Notes: generated from the sequence alone by a model not told the origin. A DNA stretch of 64,000 nucleotides from Candidatus Latescibacterota bacterium (GCA_965222605.1 OZ244960.1:2784001-2848000); one strand, 5' to 3'. Counted from the stretch's first letter, positions 38,952-48,880 are shown. Numbers and translations: made by a program.

Positions 38952-41268
38952 GCTCACTGTTGACACCCACTTGTTCCGAGAACTCGGGGAACTACTGGTC
39001 GGGCGCGACTCCACAGCCTTGATCGAACTGATCAAGAACGCCTACGACGCCGATGCGACCGAGGTCACTGTATATGGTGAGCGCCTCAATAATCCAGAAG
39101 AGGGACATATCCTGGTAATAGACGACGGCGTGGGCATGAATGCGGAAGCGTTCACGAAGGGATTTCTGCGGATTGCTTCGCGTCTAAAGGAGCAAGGGGA
39201 GCGGCGGTCCGCCCTGTTTCAACGCCGTTACACCGGTGCGAAGGGAATTGGTCGGCTTGCCGCTCATAAGCTCGCGAGAAAACTTGAAGTTGACAGCGTG
39301 CCACGATTCGCCGAATCGGATGGGATTCGAGAAGCTCTGAACGCCACAATAGATTGGGACAAAATCGAGCAGTACGAAACCCTGGATGACCTTGACTCTA
39401 CCGATGCGATTCTTCTGGAAACGAAGACGATACGCAAGAACGCTCATTCAGGAACGACACTTCTTCTATCGCAACTGCGAAAAGCTTGGACTGAGACTGA
39501 GCGTGCGAGGTTTTTTGCCGAGGTTCAATCGTTCGATCCTCCCTCATTTCTACGTGAGCCGCTCCCGCGATCAATTATCGAAAAGACACTGCTGTTTGAC
39601 ACACCAGTTATGCGAGACCAGGGTTCCGATGCTGTTGCTCCTCCATTCCAAGTGAACCTTGAAGGGGACTTTGCTGCTGGCGAGGACTACTTGGCACTTG
39701 TTGCCGAAGTCGCGACCTGGGTACTGGAGATACAGGCGGTTCCCGGCAGCGATGAAGTGCATTTTGCCGTCGCACCAACGAAGAGTAATCGAGAGGATAA
39801 TCCGGAAGCGGGAGAATTCAAGCAGTCGATCCCCCATCCCACTCCTGATAAAGGTCCGCATTTTGAGGCTCGCATCCTGATCCGAGAAGGGCATTTTAGG
39901 AGGCGCACGGATCAGCGGGTGTGGGGGACGCACGTCAGCGGGATCCGAGTTTATATGGAAGGATTCCGCGTCTTACCCTATGGAGATCAAAAGGACGACT
40001 GGCTCTCGATTGACGCTGATTATACGAGGCGCCCACGACAACTCGAGATGCTTGAAAAACTCCGTCTCGGTGTGGAAACGATGGACCCTGATGAGGGTCT
40101 CACCCGCATGCCGAGTAACAATTACTTTGGCGCGATTTTTCTTACCCAGGAACGTTGTCCCAGTCTGCGCGTTCTTGTGAACCGTGAGGGATTTATTCCA
40201 GAGGCCGGATTCGACACATTAGTGCATCTTGTGCGGACAGGTATTGATCTTTGTACGCGAGCAAGGGCAGCAGCGGGTTATGCCCGCCGCCAACAAAGGA
40301 GAGAAGACCGCCGTCGAGAATCAAAGGCTATAATGGATCAAACGGGTAGGGTTGAAGCTGATGATACTACGGACGAGTCCCCTGAGACGCATGAATTGCC
40401 CAATCGGCTTCAAGATGTGACTCAACTCCTGAAAGAAGCTCGCGAGCGCCTCAACGAAGGAGATACTAAGAAAGCCAAGGTCGCAGTCAGCGCAGCCATG
40501 CAAAAGCACGGTGGAACGCCGGAACTTGCTGCGGACCTGTGGTCCGAACGCTCACTCTTACATGTCCTAGCGTCCGTGGGTACGCAGATGGCGGCTTTCG
40601 TGCATGAGATCAATGCCTTGCTGGGAGCGGCGCAAACTATCGAGTACGCTCTGGAGCGTCTACTCAAAGAGGGAGGGTTGTCTCGCGAACAGCGACGGAG
40701 CCTTAGGCTAATATTGACGGTCACAGTGGATTTGAAGCGTGGATTGGAACGCCAGGCTGCTTACCTGATAGATATCGAAACTCCCGATGCTCGCCGCCGC
40801 CGGTCTCGACAGCGTTTATGTGAACGTTTCGACGCCGCGGTTCGTCTCGTACAGCATCAAGCAGAACGCCGAGGCATCAAAATTGATAACCAAATTCCAC
40901 CCGAATTGAGGTCTCCCCCGATGTTTTCCGCCGAGCTTACAGCGATATTCGCCAATCTCCTGACAAATGCGGTTAAAGCCGCTGGAGAGGATGGACATAT
41001 CTTCGCTTCAGCATCCAGTGCAGATGATCAAGTTCGAATTCGCATCCAGAACACCGGCACTGCTGTCCAACTCGGTGAGGCCGAGCACTGGTTCAAACCC
41101 TTCCAGTCAACAACATCTGTAGTAAACCCCGTGCTGGGCCAAGGAATGGGGCTGGGACTGACCATTACACGGAACCTGTTGGAGAACTATGGAGCAGTTG
41201 TGAAATTCGTCCAACCAGATAGCCCGTTTAAAACTGCTATCGAAATAGCCTTGCCAAATAGGAGTTAA
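38944..41268 (+). CDS. MORC/MutL-type GHKL ATPase fused to a histidine kinase
   Basis: N-terminal GHKL motifs ELIKNAYDA, DDGVGM, GAKGIGR, GTT; S5-like GIRVYMEGFRVLPYG..DDWL; coiled coil; H-box AAFVHEIN; N-box NLLTNAVKA; G2 GMGLGL; no TM segment. ATG overlaps the MTase stop. Confidence 0.9.
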   Translation: MAKLTVDTHLFRELGELLVGRDSTALIELIKNAYDADATEVTVYGERLNNPEEGHILVIDDGVGMNAEAFTKGFLRIASRLKEQGERRSALFQRRYTGAKGIGRLAAHKLARKLEVDSVPRFAESDGIREALNATIDWDKIEQYETLDDLDSTDAILLETKTIRKNAHSGTTLLLSQLRKAWTETERARFFAEVQSFDPPSFLREPLPRSIIEKTLLFDTPVMRDQGSDAVAPPFQVNLEGDFAAGEDYLALVAEVATWVLEIQAVPGSDEVHFAVAPTKSNREDNPEAGEFKQSIPHPTPDKGPHFEARILIREGHFRRRTDQRVWGTHVSGIRVYMEGFRVLPYGDQKDDWLSIDADYTRRPRQLEMLEKLRLGVETMDPDEGLTRMPSNNYFGAIFLTQERCPSLRVLVNREGFIPEAGFDTLVHLVRTGIDLCTRARAAAGYARRQQRREDRRRESKAIMDQTGRVEADDTTDESPETHELPNRLQDVTQLLKEARERLNEGDTKKAKVAVSAAMQKHGGTPELAADLWSERSLLHVLASVGTQMAAFVHEINALLGAAQTIEYALERLLKEGGLSREQRRSLRLILTVTVDLKRGLERQAAYLIDIETPDARRRRSRQRLCERFDAAVRLVQHQAERRGIKIDNQIPPELRSPPMFSAELTAIFANLLTNAVKAAGEDGHIFASASSADDQVRIRIQNTGTAVQLGEAEHWFKPFQSTTSVVNPVLGQGMGLGLTITRNLLENYGAVVKFVQPDSPFKTAIEIALPNRS

Positions 41269-41276
41269 CTGTACTC

Positions 41277-42413
41277 ATGAAAAATACTGAGAAGCCATCC
41301 ATTCTTGTCATTGATGATGAACCTGACGAACTGCGTAATAAATTCAATCTATGGCTAGGTGAACACGCAGCACCTCCTGTATTTCATCCTCAAGATGTAG
41401 AAAGATCGGACTTGAATAATGCTGATCTGGTTCTGGTGGACTATGCGCTGGAATACTGGTCGGAACGGGATAATCTATCGACCATTTCACTCCAGCCAAC
41501 AAACGGAATGGCTCTTGCGGTTGTATTACGGGAACAAGTGGACGAAAATGAAAGAGACAAATTAACAGCATTTGCGCTACATACGGCTTATCTCGGAAAT
41601 ATTAAGGGACGATTTTCACCTGCGACTGCCCAACATGTTCTTGCGCGCTTGAACAATCTGGAATGGATATTCCCAAAGACGAATCCTGATAGCTATAACC
41701 AGATGCTTCTTCTTGCGAACGCTGTCCGGAAGCTTCCAGGTCAATGGTCGGAAGATTCGGATGACTCGATTTCAATGGTGCAACAACTTCTCGATATGGA
41801 TGAGGACGACGAATCGTTTGAGCGCTGCTGGCAAGACGTTAAAGATTGCCGGGTGCCAATTGAAGAGTTGACCGTGGATGGACACGGCATCCTGTTCATT
41901 CGATGGTTGCTTCATCAAGTATTGCCGTATCCCTCCTTTTTGTGGGCAGAGCACTGGGTTGCGGCGCGCCTTGGGATTTCCATTGATGCCCTGCGTGAGG
42001 TCCTGGAGGGAGATAGCGATCTGGCGAAAGACTTGGAGTCCATGCTCTATTCTGGAATTCTCGAGGGGTTTTTGGGAAATATGTGGTGGCGTGGTGCTAT
42101 TGAGGACTATGCTTGGAATCTATCAGAAGGACACACGGCTGATGTACAACATTTGCGAGATGTTTTGTCCGAGCGTGCCGGAATGAAACTGAAGCCAATT
42201 GACGTCAACCCCGCGGTGGTTTGCGTGGATAAGAATTGGCAACCCACCGACGAGTTCCTATCGCCAATGACTGCCATAACCCTCCACCCCGACCACTGGC
42301 CTCCGTTTGCTGACCCAGCCTGGATGGACATCGAAACTGTGCAAAATGACGATACTCTGTTGCCGTTGGTGAATCCCCTTGACCAGCACCGCATCGTGAG
42401 TAACAAAGAATAG
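41277..42413 (+). CDS. Response-regulator receiver protein with uncharacterised output region
   Basis: ILVIDDE, DLVLVDY (phosphoacceptor Asp), LHTAY, FPK; C-terminal part with HTH-like HWVAARLGISIDALREVL and YSGIL...WW. Confidence 0.85.
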   Translation: MKNTEKPSILVIDDEPDELRNKFNLWLGEHAAPPVFHPQDVERSDLNNADLVLVDYALEYWSERDNLSTISLQPTNGMALAVVLREQVDENERDKLTAFALHTAYLGNIKGRFSPATAQHVLARLNNLEWIFPKTNPDSYNQMLLLANAVRKLPGQWSEDSDDSISMVQQLLDMDEDDESFERCWQDVKDCRVPIEELTVDGHGILFIRWLLHQVLPYPSFLWAEHWVAARLGISIDALREVLEGDSDLAKDLESMLYSGILEGFLGNMWWRGAIEDYAWNLSEGHTADVQHLRDVLSERAGMKLKPIDVNPAVVCVDKNWQPTDEFLSPMTAITLHPDHWPPFADPAWMDIETVQNDDTLLPLVNPLDQHRIVSNKE

Positions 42414-42423
42414 GACGGCAAGA

Positions 42424-43146
42424 ATGGCGGGGTTTCGCTTTCTTTTTTCTGAACTTGTCCAAGAGACCAAAGTGATGGCAACATTGTCAGAGGAGTTCCT
42501 CGATCCGAATAGGATATGGGTTCTCTCTCGTTTCTTGAGCCACCTCCGAAGCATTGGTGGGAAACCCGAAGAAAGCGTTTATCCTCTGGAGCTTCGATGC
42601 CTTCGCACAATACCAAGCAATCAGTACGACAGAAAAGCAGGTAAAGAGATATATGCGGTTATTTCAGGAATTTGGGAACTGCAACCATGGGGGAAGCGCT
42701 CAGATCCGGATCGCGAGATAGAATTCTGCGGAAAAGCTTCAACGAAGATCAAGTTGTACGCTTCTGACGATTCTAAGACGAAGACACGCTTAGCAATGTG
42801 GAGTCTGGAACTGGGTGCTGAGGACAGTCCTGGCTGTTATGTCCACGCTCATATTCTCGGGGACACCGTTGATCCGCGGTTCCCGAAATCAGTTCCCATT
42901 CCCAGATTGCCCAGCCTTTTCGTCACTCCGATGAGTGCTGTAGAGTTCGTCCTCGGCGAACTCTTCCAGAACGATTGGCCTGAGGTGACCTCCAAAAAGC
43001 GTTACGAAGTGTTTGAGTGGCATAAGCTCCAAAAAAAGTGGCTTCAGCAACTGTTCTCATGGTACCAAGACCAAATAGAGAAGGCGGGTTCCTTTCCGTG
43101 GATAGCATTAAAGAAGGCGAAGCCAGAAGACGGCATGTTTCTCTGA
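42424..43146 (+). CDS. Hypothetical protein, fourth gene of the MTase-kinase-receiver operon
   Basis: 240 aa, 10 nt after the previous stop; motif PGCYVHAHILG...PIPRLP...TPMSAVEFVLGELF..W. Confidence 0.8.
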   Translation: MAGFRFLFSELVQETKVMATLSEEFLDPNRIWVLSRFLSHLRSIGGKPEESVYPLELRCLRTIPSNQYDRKAGKEIYAVISGIWELQPWGKRSDPDREIEFCGKASTKIKLYASDDSKTKTRLAMWSLELGAEDSPGCYVHAHILGDTVDPRFPKSVPIPRLPSLFVTPMSAVEFVLGELFQNDWPEVTSKKRYEVFEWHKLQKKWLQQLFSWYQDQIEKAGSFPWIALKKAKPEDGMFL

Positions 43147-43273
43147 AAATTCAGAAGACGGAGGCCGTGACGGAGACGAGCGATAAACATAATCTCAGAT
43201 ACCTTATCGATGAAATCCGCAGGTCTGATCCTGCGGGTTTTAGTATTCAGGTAGAGTTCGCATCTTTCGTGTG

Positions 43274-43313
43274 AAGACCAATCAAGATCATTAGCTGATT
43301 GGTCTTAATTTTT
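43274..43313 (+). terminator. Putative intrinsic terminator closing the island
   Basis: AAGACCAATCA-N11-TGATTGGTCTT followed by AATTTTT. Confidence 0.5.
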
Positions 43314-43474
43314 GGGTATAATGCCATTTATACTCAAAAACACCATTGCAAACCCCTGTTTTCGCGCTTAAATTGCAGATAGTTATAGCTGAATTCTGAC
43401 ATGGTTCGTATCTCCGCACATCTGCTGCCATTTCTCACCAATAGTCACAACTCCTGTCATAAGGAGGACAGAAA

Positions 43475-44704
43475 ATGAAAATTCGACCCGACCTCGTCCC
43501 GGAAACCGAGCGAAACAACCTCGAAGTCATCCAACTCACGGATGAATCGATCCCCTCATCACACATCTACATGGAAGCGCAGATATTCACACCCGATTCC
43601 CAACGACTGATCCTTCACCGGTCTGCCCATCCGCACGGCTCTGATCCAAAGGACCCGGAGCACCAGTTCCTCATCTGCGACCTCGAAGACCATTGCAGCT
43701 TGACGCCAATCACCACCGAACTCGGAACCACGGGACCATCCATCTCACCAGACGGCGAATGGCTTTACTACTTCGTCAATGAAACAGAGCCTGGAGGCGG
43801 ACAGCTAACGCTCAAGCGCGTCAAAATGGACGGAACAGAACGCGACATCATCTATGTCCTGGACCACGCGATTCCGGACACCGATTTCAGGTTGAGCCGA
43901 CCGTATCCGCTTTCGACAATCTCATCCGACGGCAAGCGCATCGCAATCTCGGGATTCCTCGGCGACGGCAAAACCGCAGGCGCACCCTGGGGACTTCTCG
44001 TCTTTGAAATTGAGGACCCATCCGTACGCCTGATCTTTCAGGGGCCCTCCTGGTGCAATATACACCCACAATACACGCGCCAGACAGACCCCGAGGGCAC
44101 CCATGACATCATGATCCAGGAAAACCACGGAAACACCGCATCAACCGACGGCAGCATAGAAACGCTCGTCAGCGGGCGGGGTGCAGACATCCACGTAATC
44201 CGGGACGACGGCACGGCACTGCGCGATTTTCCCTGGGGACGGGACGGAAACGAATTCTGCCAGGGACATCAATGCTGGCAGGGACAAAGCGACATCGCCA
44301 TTACGAGCACAAGCACACGCGAACCCGCTGAAAGACAACTCATCTCGGGACGCGCCGCGGATCACATCGGAGATGAAGGCATCAACACACCGGGCGGATG
44401 GCGAAACGACCTGTCCCGATCCTTCGACGCGCCCGACTTCTGCCACTTCGCAACTGACATCAACGGGAAACGGCTGATCACGGACGCAGGTCCAATAGAT
44501 GCGGGCGGAGCCGTCTGGCTATTCGATCTCCCCGAAGAAGACAAAGGTGCGCTCGCAAATGCGCGGAAAGTCGCGGACCCCGGATCATCCTGGCAAAAAC
44601 ATACGCACATCCATCCCTTTCTATCCCCAGATGGACGATCGGGCTTCTTCAACTCCGATGAAAGCGGCATACTACAGGCGTATATGGTGCGCGGTTGGTC
44701 TTAA
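43475..44704 (+). CDS. Beta-propeller protein, oligogalacturonate lyase (PL22)/TolB-like
   Basis: AGGAGG RBS; QLTD..SHIYME...FTPDS, SPDG repeats, GHQCW, HIHPFLSPDG..FFNSD. Confidence 0.7.
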   Translation: MKIRPDLVPETERNNLEVIQLTDESIPSSHIYMEAQIFTPDSQRLILHRSAHPHGSDPKDPEHQFLICDLEDHCSLTPITTELGTTGPSISPDGEWLYYFVNETEPGGGQLTLKRVKMDGTERDIIYVLDHAIPDTDFRLSRPYPLSTISSDGKRIAISGFLGDGKTAGAPWGLLVFEIEDPSVRLIFQGPSWCNIHPQYTRQTDPEGTHDIMIQENHGNTASTDGSIETLVSGRGADIHVIRDDGTALRDFPWGRDGNEFCQGHQCWQGQSDIAITSTSTREPAERQLISGRAADHIGDEGINTPGGWRNDLSRSFDAPDFCHFATDINGKRLITDAGPIDAGGAVWLFDLPEEDKGALANARKVADPGSSWQKHTHIHPFLSPDGRSGFFNSDESGILQAYMVRGWS

Positions 44705-44715
44705 GCAAGACTGAA

Positions 44716-46716
44716 ATGCTACTACTTGCATTCATCGCTTTTCTCAACACCAGTCAGACCGCAAACGAGGAAGGGGGTACCAAATTGATTCCCCGACAAG
44801 TGCTGTTCGGCAATCCAGAAAAAACCATGGCTCGGATCAGTCCCGACGGCGAGTATCTGAGCTACCTCGCGCCAGTGGAGGGCGTTTTGAACGTCTGGGT
44901 CGTGGACGATCCCGGCTCAGCCAGGCCGATCACCAGGGACGAGGAACGCGGCATCCGCGACTACACCTGGACCTATGATGGCCAGCACATCCTGTACTAT
45001 CAGGATGCCAGGGGCGATGAAGACTGGCACGTGTACGCGACGAATATCGCCACGGGCGAAACCCGAGACCTGACGCCCTTTGAAAAAGTCAACTCGCAGG
45101 TTCTCTCGATCAATGAAAAGACGCCCAACGAGATCCTGGTCGGCATCAACAACCGCAATCCGCAACTGCACGACGTCTATCGAATCGAGCTTTCCACCGG
45201 CGAGCGGACCCTAATCGAAGAGAATCCGGGCTTTGTCTCTTACCTGTTCGACAACGACGATCGCACGCGTTTTGCCATGACGGTTTCGCCGACCGGGGGA
45301 CAAGTGATCCTCCAACGGGACGAGAGCAACCAGTGGCAACCCTTCCTGGAGGTCCCCAACACCGACGCCATGACGACTGGGCTGGCCGGCTTCGACAAGT
45401 CAAACCAGATCCTCTATCTGATCGACAGCCGCAAGCGAAACACGGCCGCCTTGTTCTCCCTCGATCTGGCGTCCGGCAAACAAGAACTGGTGGCCGAGGA
45501 TGACCGCGCGGATGTGGGCGGGATGTTGATTCATCCGACAGAGAAACACGCGCAGGCCGTGTCGTTCACTTACGACCGCAACCGCTGGCACGTGCTGGAC
45601 TCGGCGATACAAGGGGACATGGATTACTTGCACTCGGTGGAAGACGGCGAATTGTCGATCACCAGCCGCACGCTCGACGACCGCTTGTGGATAGCGGCCT
45701 ACGCCCTGGACAACGGGCCGGTCAAATACTACCTGTACGACCGCGTCAGGAAACAGGCGAATTACCTGTTCAGCAACCGCACAGACCTGGACGAGTACCA
45801 ACTGACCAGGATGCATTCGCTGACCATCAAATCCCGCGACGGGTGGAATCTGGTCAGCTATCTGACGCTTCCCCCCGACAGCACCCCCGACGGCGAGGCT
45901 CGACCGAGCAATCCGGTACCGCTGGTTTTACTGGTTCACGGGGGTCCCTGGGGGCGCGACATCTGGGGCTACGATTCGCAACATCAATGGCTGGCGAACC
46001 GCGGTTACGCCGTACTGAGCGTCAACTTCCGCGGCTCGACCGGCTTCGGCAAGGAATTCACCAACGCTGGCAATGGCGAGTGGGCCGGCAAAATGCACGA
46101 CGACCTGATTGACGCTGTCAACTGGGCGGTCCGTGAAAAAATCACGCAACGCGACCAGGTGGCGATTATGGGCGGCAGCTACGGCGGATACGCGACCCTG
46201 GTCGGGCTGACCTTTACCCCCGAGACATTCGTCTGCGGCGTCGATATTGTCGGTCCAAGCAACCTCGTCACGTTGCTACAAAACGTGCCGCCTTATTGGG
46301 TTCCAATACTGCCGATGATGAAAGACCGCGTAGGTGACTGGACGACAGAGGAGGGCCAGAAATCCTTGCTGGCCAAATCGCCGCTTGCACGCGTAGATCA
46401 GATCCAGCGGCCTCTGCTGATCGGCCAGGGTGCCAACGACCCGCGCGTCAAGCAAGTCGAATCCGATCAAATCGTCGAGGCGATGAAAGAAAAAAACATC
46501 CCCGTGACCTACGTGCTTTATCCGGATGAAGGGCACGGATTCGCACGGCCGGAAAACCGCCTGTCGTTTTACGCCGTCGCTGAGGCGTTCTTGTCCGAGC
46601 ACCTGGGCGGACGGTTTGAATCGGTCGGAGAGGACTTTCAAGGATCAAAAATTCGGGTGCCAGAGGGCGCGGACCAGGTCCCTGGACTCCAGGCGGCTCT
46701 GGCGTCGCTGCCATAG
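44716..46716 (+). CDS. S9 family (prolyl oligopeptidase/acylaminoacyl) peptidase
   Basis: VHGGPW, NFRGSTGFG, GGSYGG (Ser), GANDPRV (Asp), DEGHGF (His). Confidence 0.95.
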   Translation: MLLLAFIAFLNTSQTANEEGGTKLIPRQVLFGNPEKTMARISPDGEYLSYLAPVEGVLNVWVVDDPGSARPITRDEERGIRDYTWTYDGQHILYYQDARGDEDWHVYATNIATGETRDLTPFEKVNSQVLSINEKTPNEILVGINNRNPQLHDVYRIELSTGERTLIEENPGFVSYLFDNDDRTRFAMTVSPTGGQVILQRDESNQWQPFLEVPNTDAMTTGLAGFDKSNQILYLIDSRKRNTAALFSLDLASGKQELVAEDDRADVGGMLIHPTEKHAQAVSFTYDRNRWHVLDSAIQGDMDYLHSVEDGELSITSRTLDDRLWIAAYALDNGPVKYYLYDRVRKQANYLFSNRTDLDEYQLTRMHSLTIKSRDGWNLVSYLTLPPDSTPDGEARPSNPVPLVLLVHGGPWGRDIWGYDSQHQWLANRGYAVLSVNFRGSTGFGKEFTNAGNGEWAGKMHDDLIDAVNWAVREKITQRDQVAIMGGSYGGYATLVGLTFTPETFVCGVDIVGPSNLVTLLQNVPPYWVPILPMMKDRVGDWTTEEGQKSLLAKSPLARVDQIQRPLLIGQGANDPRVKQVESDQIVEAMKEKNIPVTYVLYPDEGHGFARPENRLSFYAVAEAFLSEHLGGRFESVGEDFQGSKIRVPEGADQVPGLQAALASLP

Positions 46717-46735
46717 AAGAGAGGAACAATGAAAC

Positions 46736-47728
46736 ATGATCATTTCTCTCGATTCCATCCGCGACGATTTGACCACCTGGGCGGAATCCCTCTACCTCCC
46801 GGCCACGGGCGCCTTCCGCAATGGCGACGCACCAGCACCCAGCCTTCCCAGCACCCTCTTCATCACCTATATCCTGTACAGCATAAACGCGCTCGACGCA
46901 GTGGCGCTTGACCGCGCGAAATGGATCGCCTGGATCCAGTCACAACAGAGCGAACAGGACGGATCCTTTGCCTTTCCGCCCTCAGACAAACGGGGTATCG
47001 CATTTTGGAACGCGGTTCGCGCACTCAACATGCTGGACGCCCAGGTCCTGAAATTCCCCGACAATCAGCGCGGCGCAACAACCATCGCCGGACTCCACCA
47101 GTGGTTCAAAACGTGGAAAGCATCGGGCGACACCCATCACGAAGTACTCGCGCTCGCGCCCATGCTCGTCAGCCATCCAGACCCCGCGTGGGTCCAGGCT
47201 TTCTTCGACGAACTCGCCGCACAACAGCACCCCACGCAGGGAACATGGCCCGCTGAAAACCCCACCAACATCAGCCGCACATTTGCCTACAGCCTGATCT
47301 ACACGGGAATGGACAAGCTGCCGCCACAGGCTGAGAAAATCGTAGATGCCATGCTTAATCTCCAGGAGGAGAATGGCTTCTGGCATGGAAGTCCAAATTT
47401 TTCAACCATGGACGCGGTCTATCTGCTATCGCGACTGCCAAAAGCGATCGGGTGGCGCGAGGCAGATGCAAACGCCGCGCTGCACCGCACAGCAGACGCG
47501 CTCATCCCCTATTACACAGCGCACGCAGAACGCGACAAGCTGGACACCCATCAATTCGCGGCCACCGTACAAACATTCGCGCTGCTATCCGAAGCATTGC
47601 CCCAGCGATTTACAACATCGCACCCGTGGCGATTCGGATGGAGCAACAAAGCGTTCTGGCAATGCTGCGTAATCAAAGAAGCATTGACCGCATTGCCACA
47701 CATCAAAACAGGAGCACATCAACCATGA
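46736..47728 (+). CDS. Prenyltransferase/squalene-oxidase repeat (alpha/alpha toroid) protein
   Basis: QW-like repeats WIQSQQSEQDGSF, AQQHPTQGTW, NLQEENGFW. Confidence 0.65.
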   Translation: MIISLDSIRDDLTTWAESLYLPATGAFRNGDAPAPSLPSTLFITYILYSINALDAVALDRAKWIAWIQSQQSEQDGSFAFPPSDKRGIAFWNAVRALNMLDAQVLKFPDNQRGATTIAGLHQWFKTWKASGDTHHEVLALAPMLVSHPDPAWVQAFFDELAAQQHPTQGTWPAENPTNISRTFAYSLIYTGMDKLPPQAEKIVDAMLNLQEENGFWHGSPNFSTMDAVYLLSRLPKAIGWREADANAALHRTADALIPYYTAHAERDKLDTHQFAATVQTFALLSEALPQRFTTSHPWRFGWSNKAFWQCCVIKEALTALPHIKTGAHQP

Positions 47729-48849
47729 AAATCACCGATGTGGAAACCATCGTAATCGAAAACATCCAGCCCTATCGCGGGGGAAGATACTGGCTCTTTG
47801 TCCAACTCATCACCGACGAAGGCATCATAGGACTGGGCGAGCGACCCTCGGGCAATGCCACCAATTTGGACTCCCAAATCAGCCTCATCAAAAACCTGTG
47901 TCAGCAATTCGCCATCGGCACAAGCCCATTCGACATCGAAAGCCTGTGGCAGCGCATCTTTGCATCCCGACACGACTATCGCCACCCCGGCCTCGACGCA
48001 ACACCCGCCTTGAGCGCCATCGAGATGGCGTGCTGGGACATCGTCGGCAAAGCCCTGAACCAGCCCATCTACAATCTGCTCGGCGGCAGAGTTCACGACA
48101 AACTCAGAGCCTATGCCTATATGCCGACCGACGGCATCTGGGAAAACCCAGAACGAGCGGGAGAGATAGCGACCCGCCTGATTGCAGACGGAAATACCGC
48201 CTGCAAATTCGATCCCTTCCAACCGGTCTTTCCCCATCCACGCGACTTTCCACTCAAAACCATCCGCCACGTCGCCAAAATATTCAAAAGCATCCGGGAC
48301 GCAGTCGGCGACGAATTGGAAATCGGCATCGGCACCCACGGACAGTTCAGCACATCTGGCGCAATCCGCGTGGCAAAAGAACTTGAAGAATTCAGCCCCT
48401 TCTGGTTCGAAGAACCCGTCCCCCCAGAAAACATCGACGAAATGGCCCGAGTCGCCGCCCATACCAGCATCCCAATTGCCACGGGCGAGCGACTCGTCAC
48501 CAAATACGAATTTGCCGAACTCCTGAAAAAACAGGCCGCACAAATCCTCCAATTAGACGTGGGACAATGTGGCGGGATATTGGAATCCAAAAAAATCGCC
48601 AGCATGGCCGAAGCCCACTACGCCCTCATCGCGCCCCACATGTATTGCGGCCCAGTCGCCGCAGCCGCCGCTGTGCAACTCGACACATGCTCGCCAAATT
48701 TTCTGATCCAGGAATTCAACGCCAACACCCTCCACAGCGAAATATTCAAAGAACCAATCCAGTTTGAAAGCGGCTATATCACCCCGCCAACAGGACCGGG
48801 TTTAGGGATCGAACTCGACGAATCAGTAGTTGCGAAACATCGCGCGTAA
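47725..48849 (+). CDS. Mandelate racemase/galactonate dehydratase-like enolase-superfamily enzyme
   Basis: IEMACWDIVGKA, CKFDP, GTHG, WFEEP, ATGERL, APH, PTGPGLG. Confidence 0.92.
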   Translation: MKITDVETIVIENIQPYRGGRYWLFVQLITDEGIIGLGERPSGNATNLDSQISLIKNLCQQFAIGTSPFDIESLWQRIFASRHDYRHPGLDATPALSAIEMACWDIVGKALNQPIYNLLGGRVHDKLRAYAYMPTDGIWENPERAGEIATRLIADGNTACKFDPFQPVFPHPRDFPLKTIRHVAKIFKSIRDAVGDELEIGIGTHGQFSTSGAIRVAKELEEFSPFWFEEPVPPENIDEMARVAAHTSIPIATGERLVTKYEFAELLKKQAAQILQLDVGQCGGILESKKIASMAEAHYALIAPHMYCGPVAAAAAVQLDTCSPNFLIQEFNANTLHSEIFKEPIQFESGYITPPTGPGLGIELDESVVAKHRA

Positions 48850-48851
48850 GG

Positions 48852-48880
48852 TTGCGTAAAACTGCAATATCTGCTATAAT
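48852..48880 (+). promoter_or_regulatory. Sigma70 promoter with extended -10 for the NTase pair
   Basis: TTGCGT-N17-TATAAT with TG at -15/-14. Confidence 0.7.

Noticed and set aside
37242-43146. Ordinary environmental two-component system, or Type I/III R-M, BREX or DISARM
   Set aside because: The kinase has no TM/PAS/GAF sensor and is coupled to an MTase; there is no HsdS/HsdR, Res helicase, PglZ or DrmA/B.
46736-47728. Terpene or squalene cyclase
   Set aside because: Only QW-like repeats; too short, no DxDD motif and no isoprenoid context.
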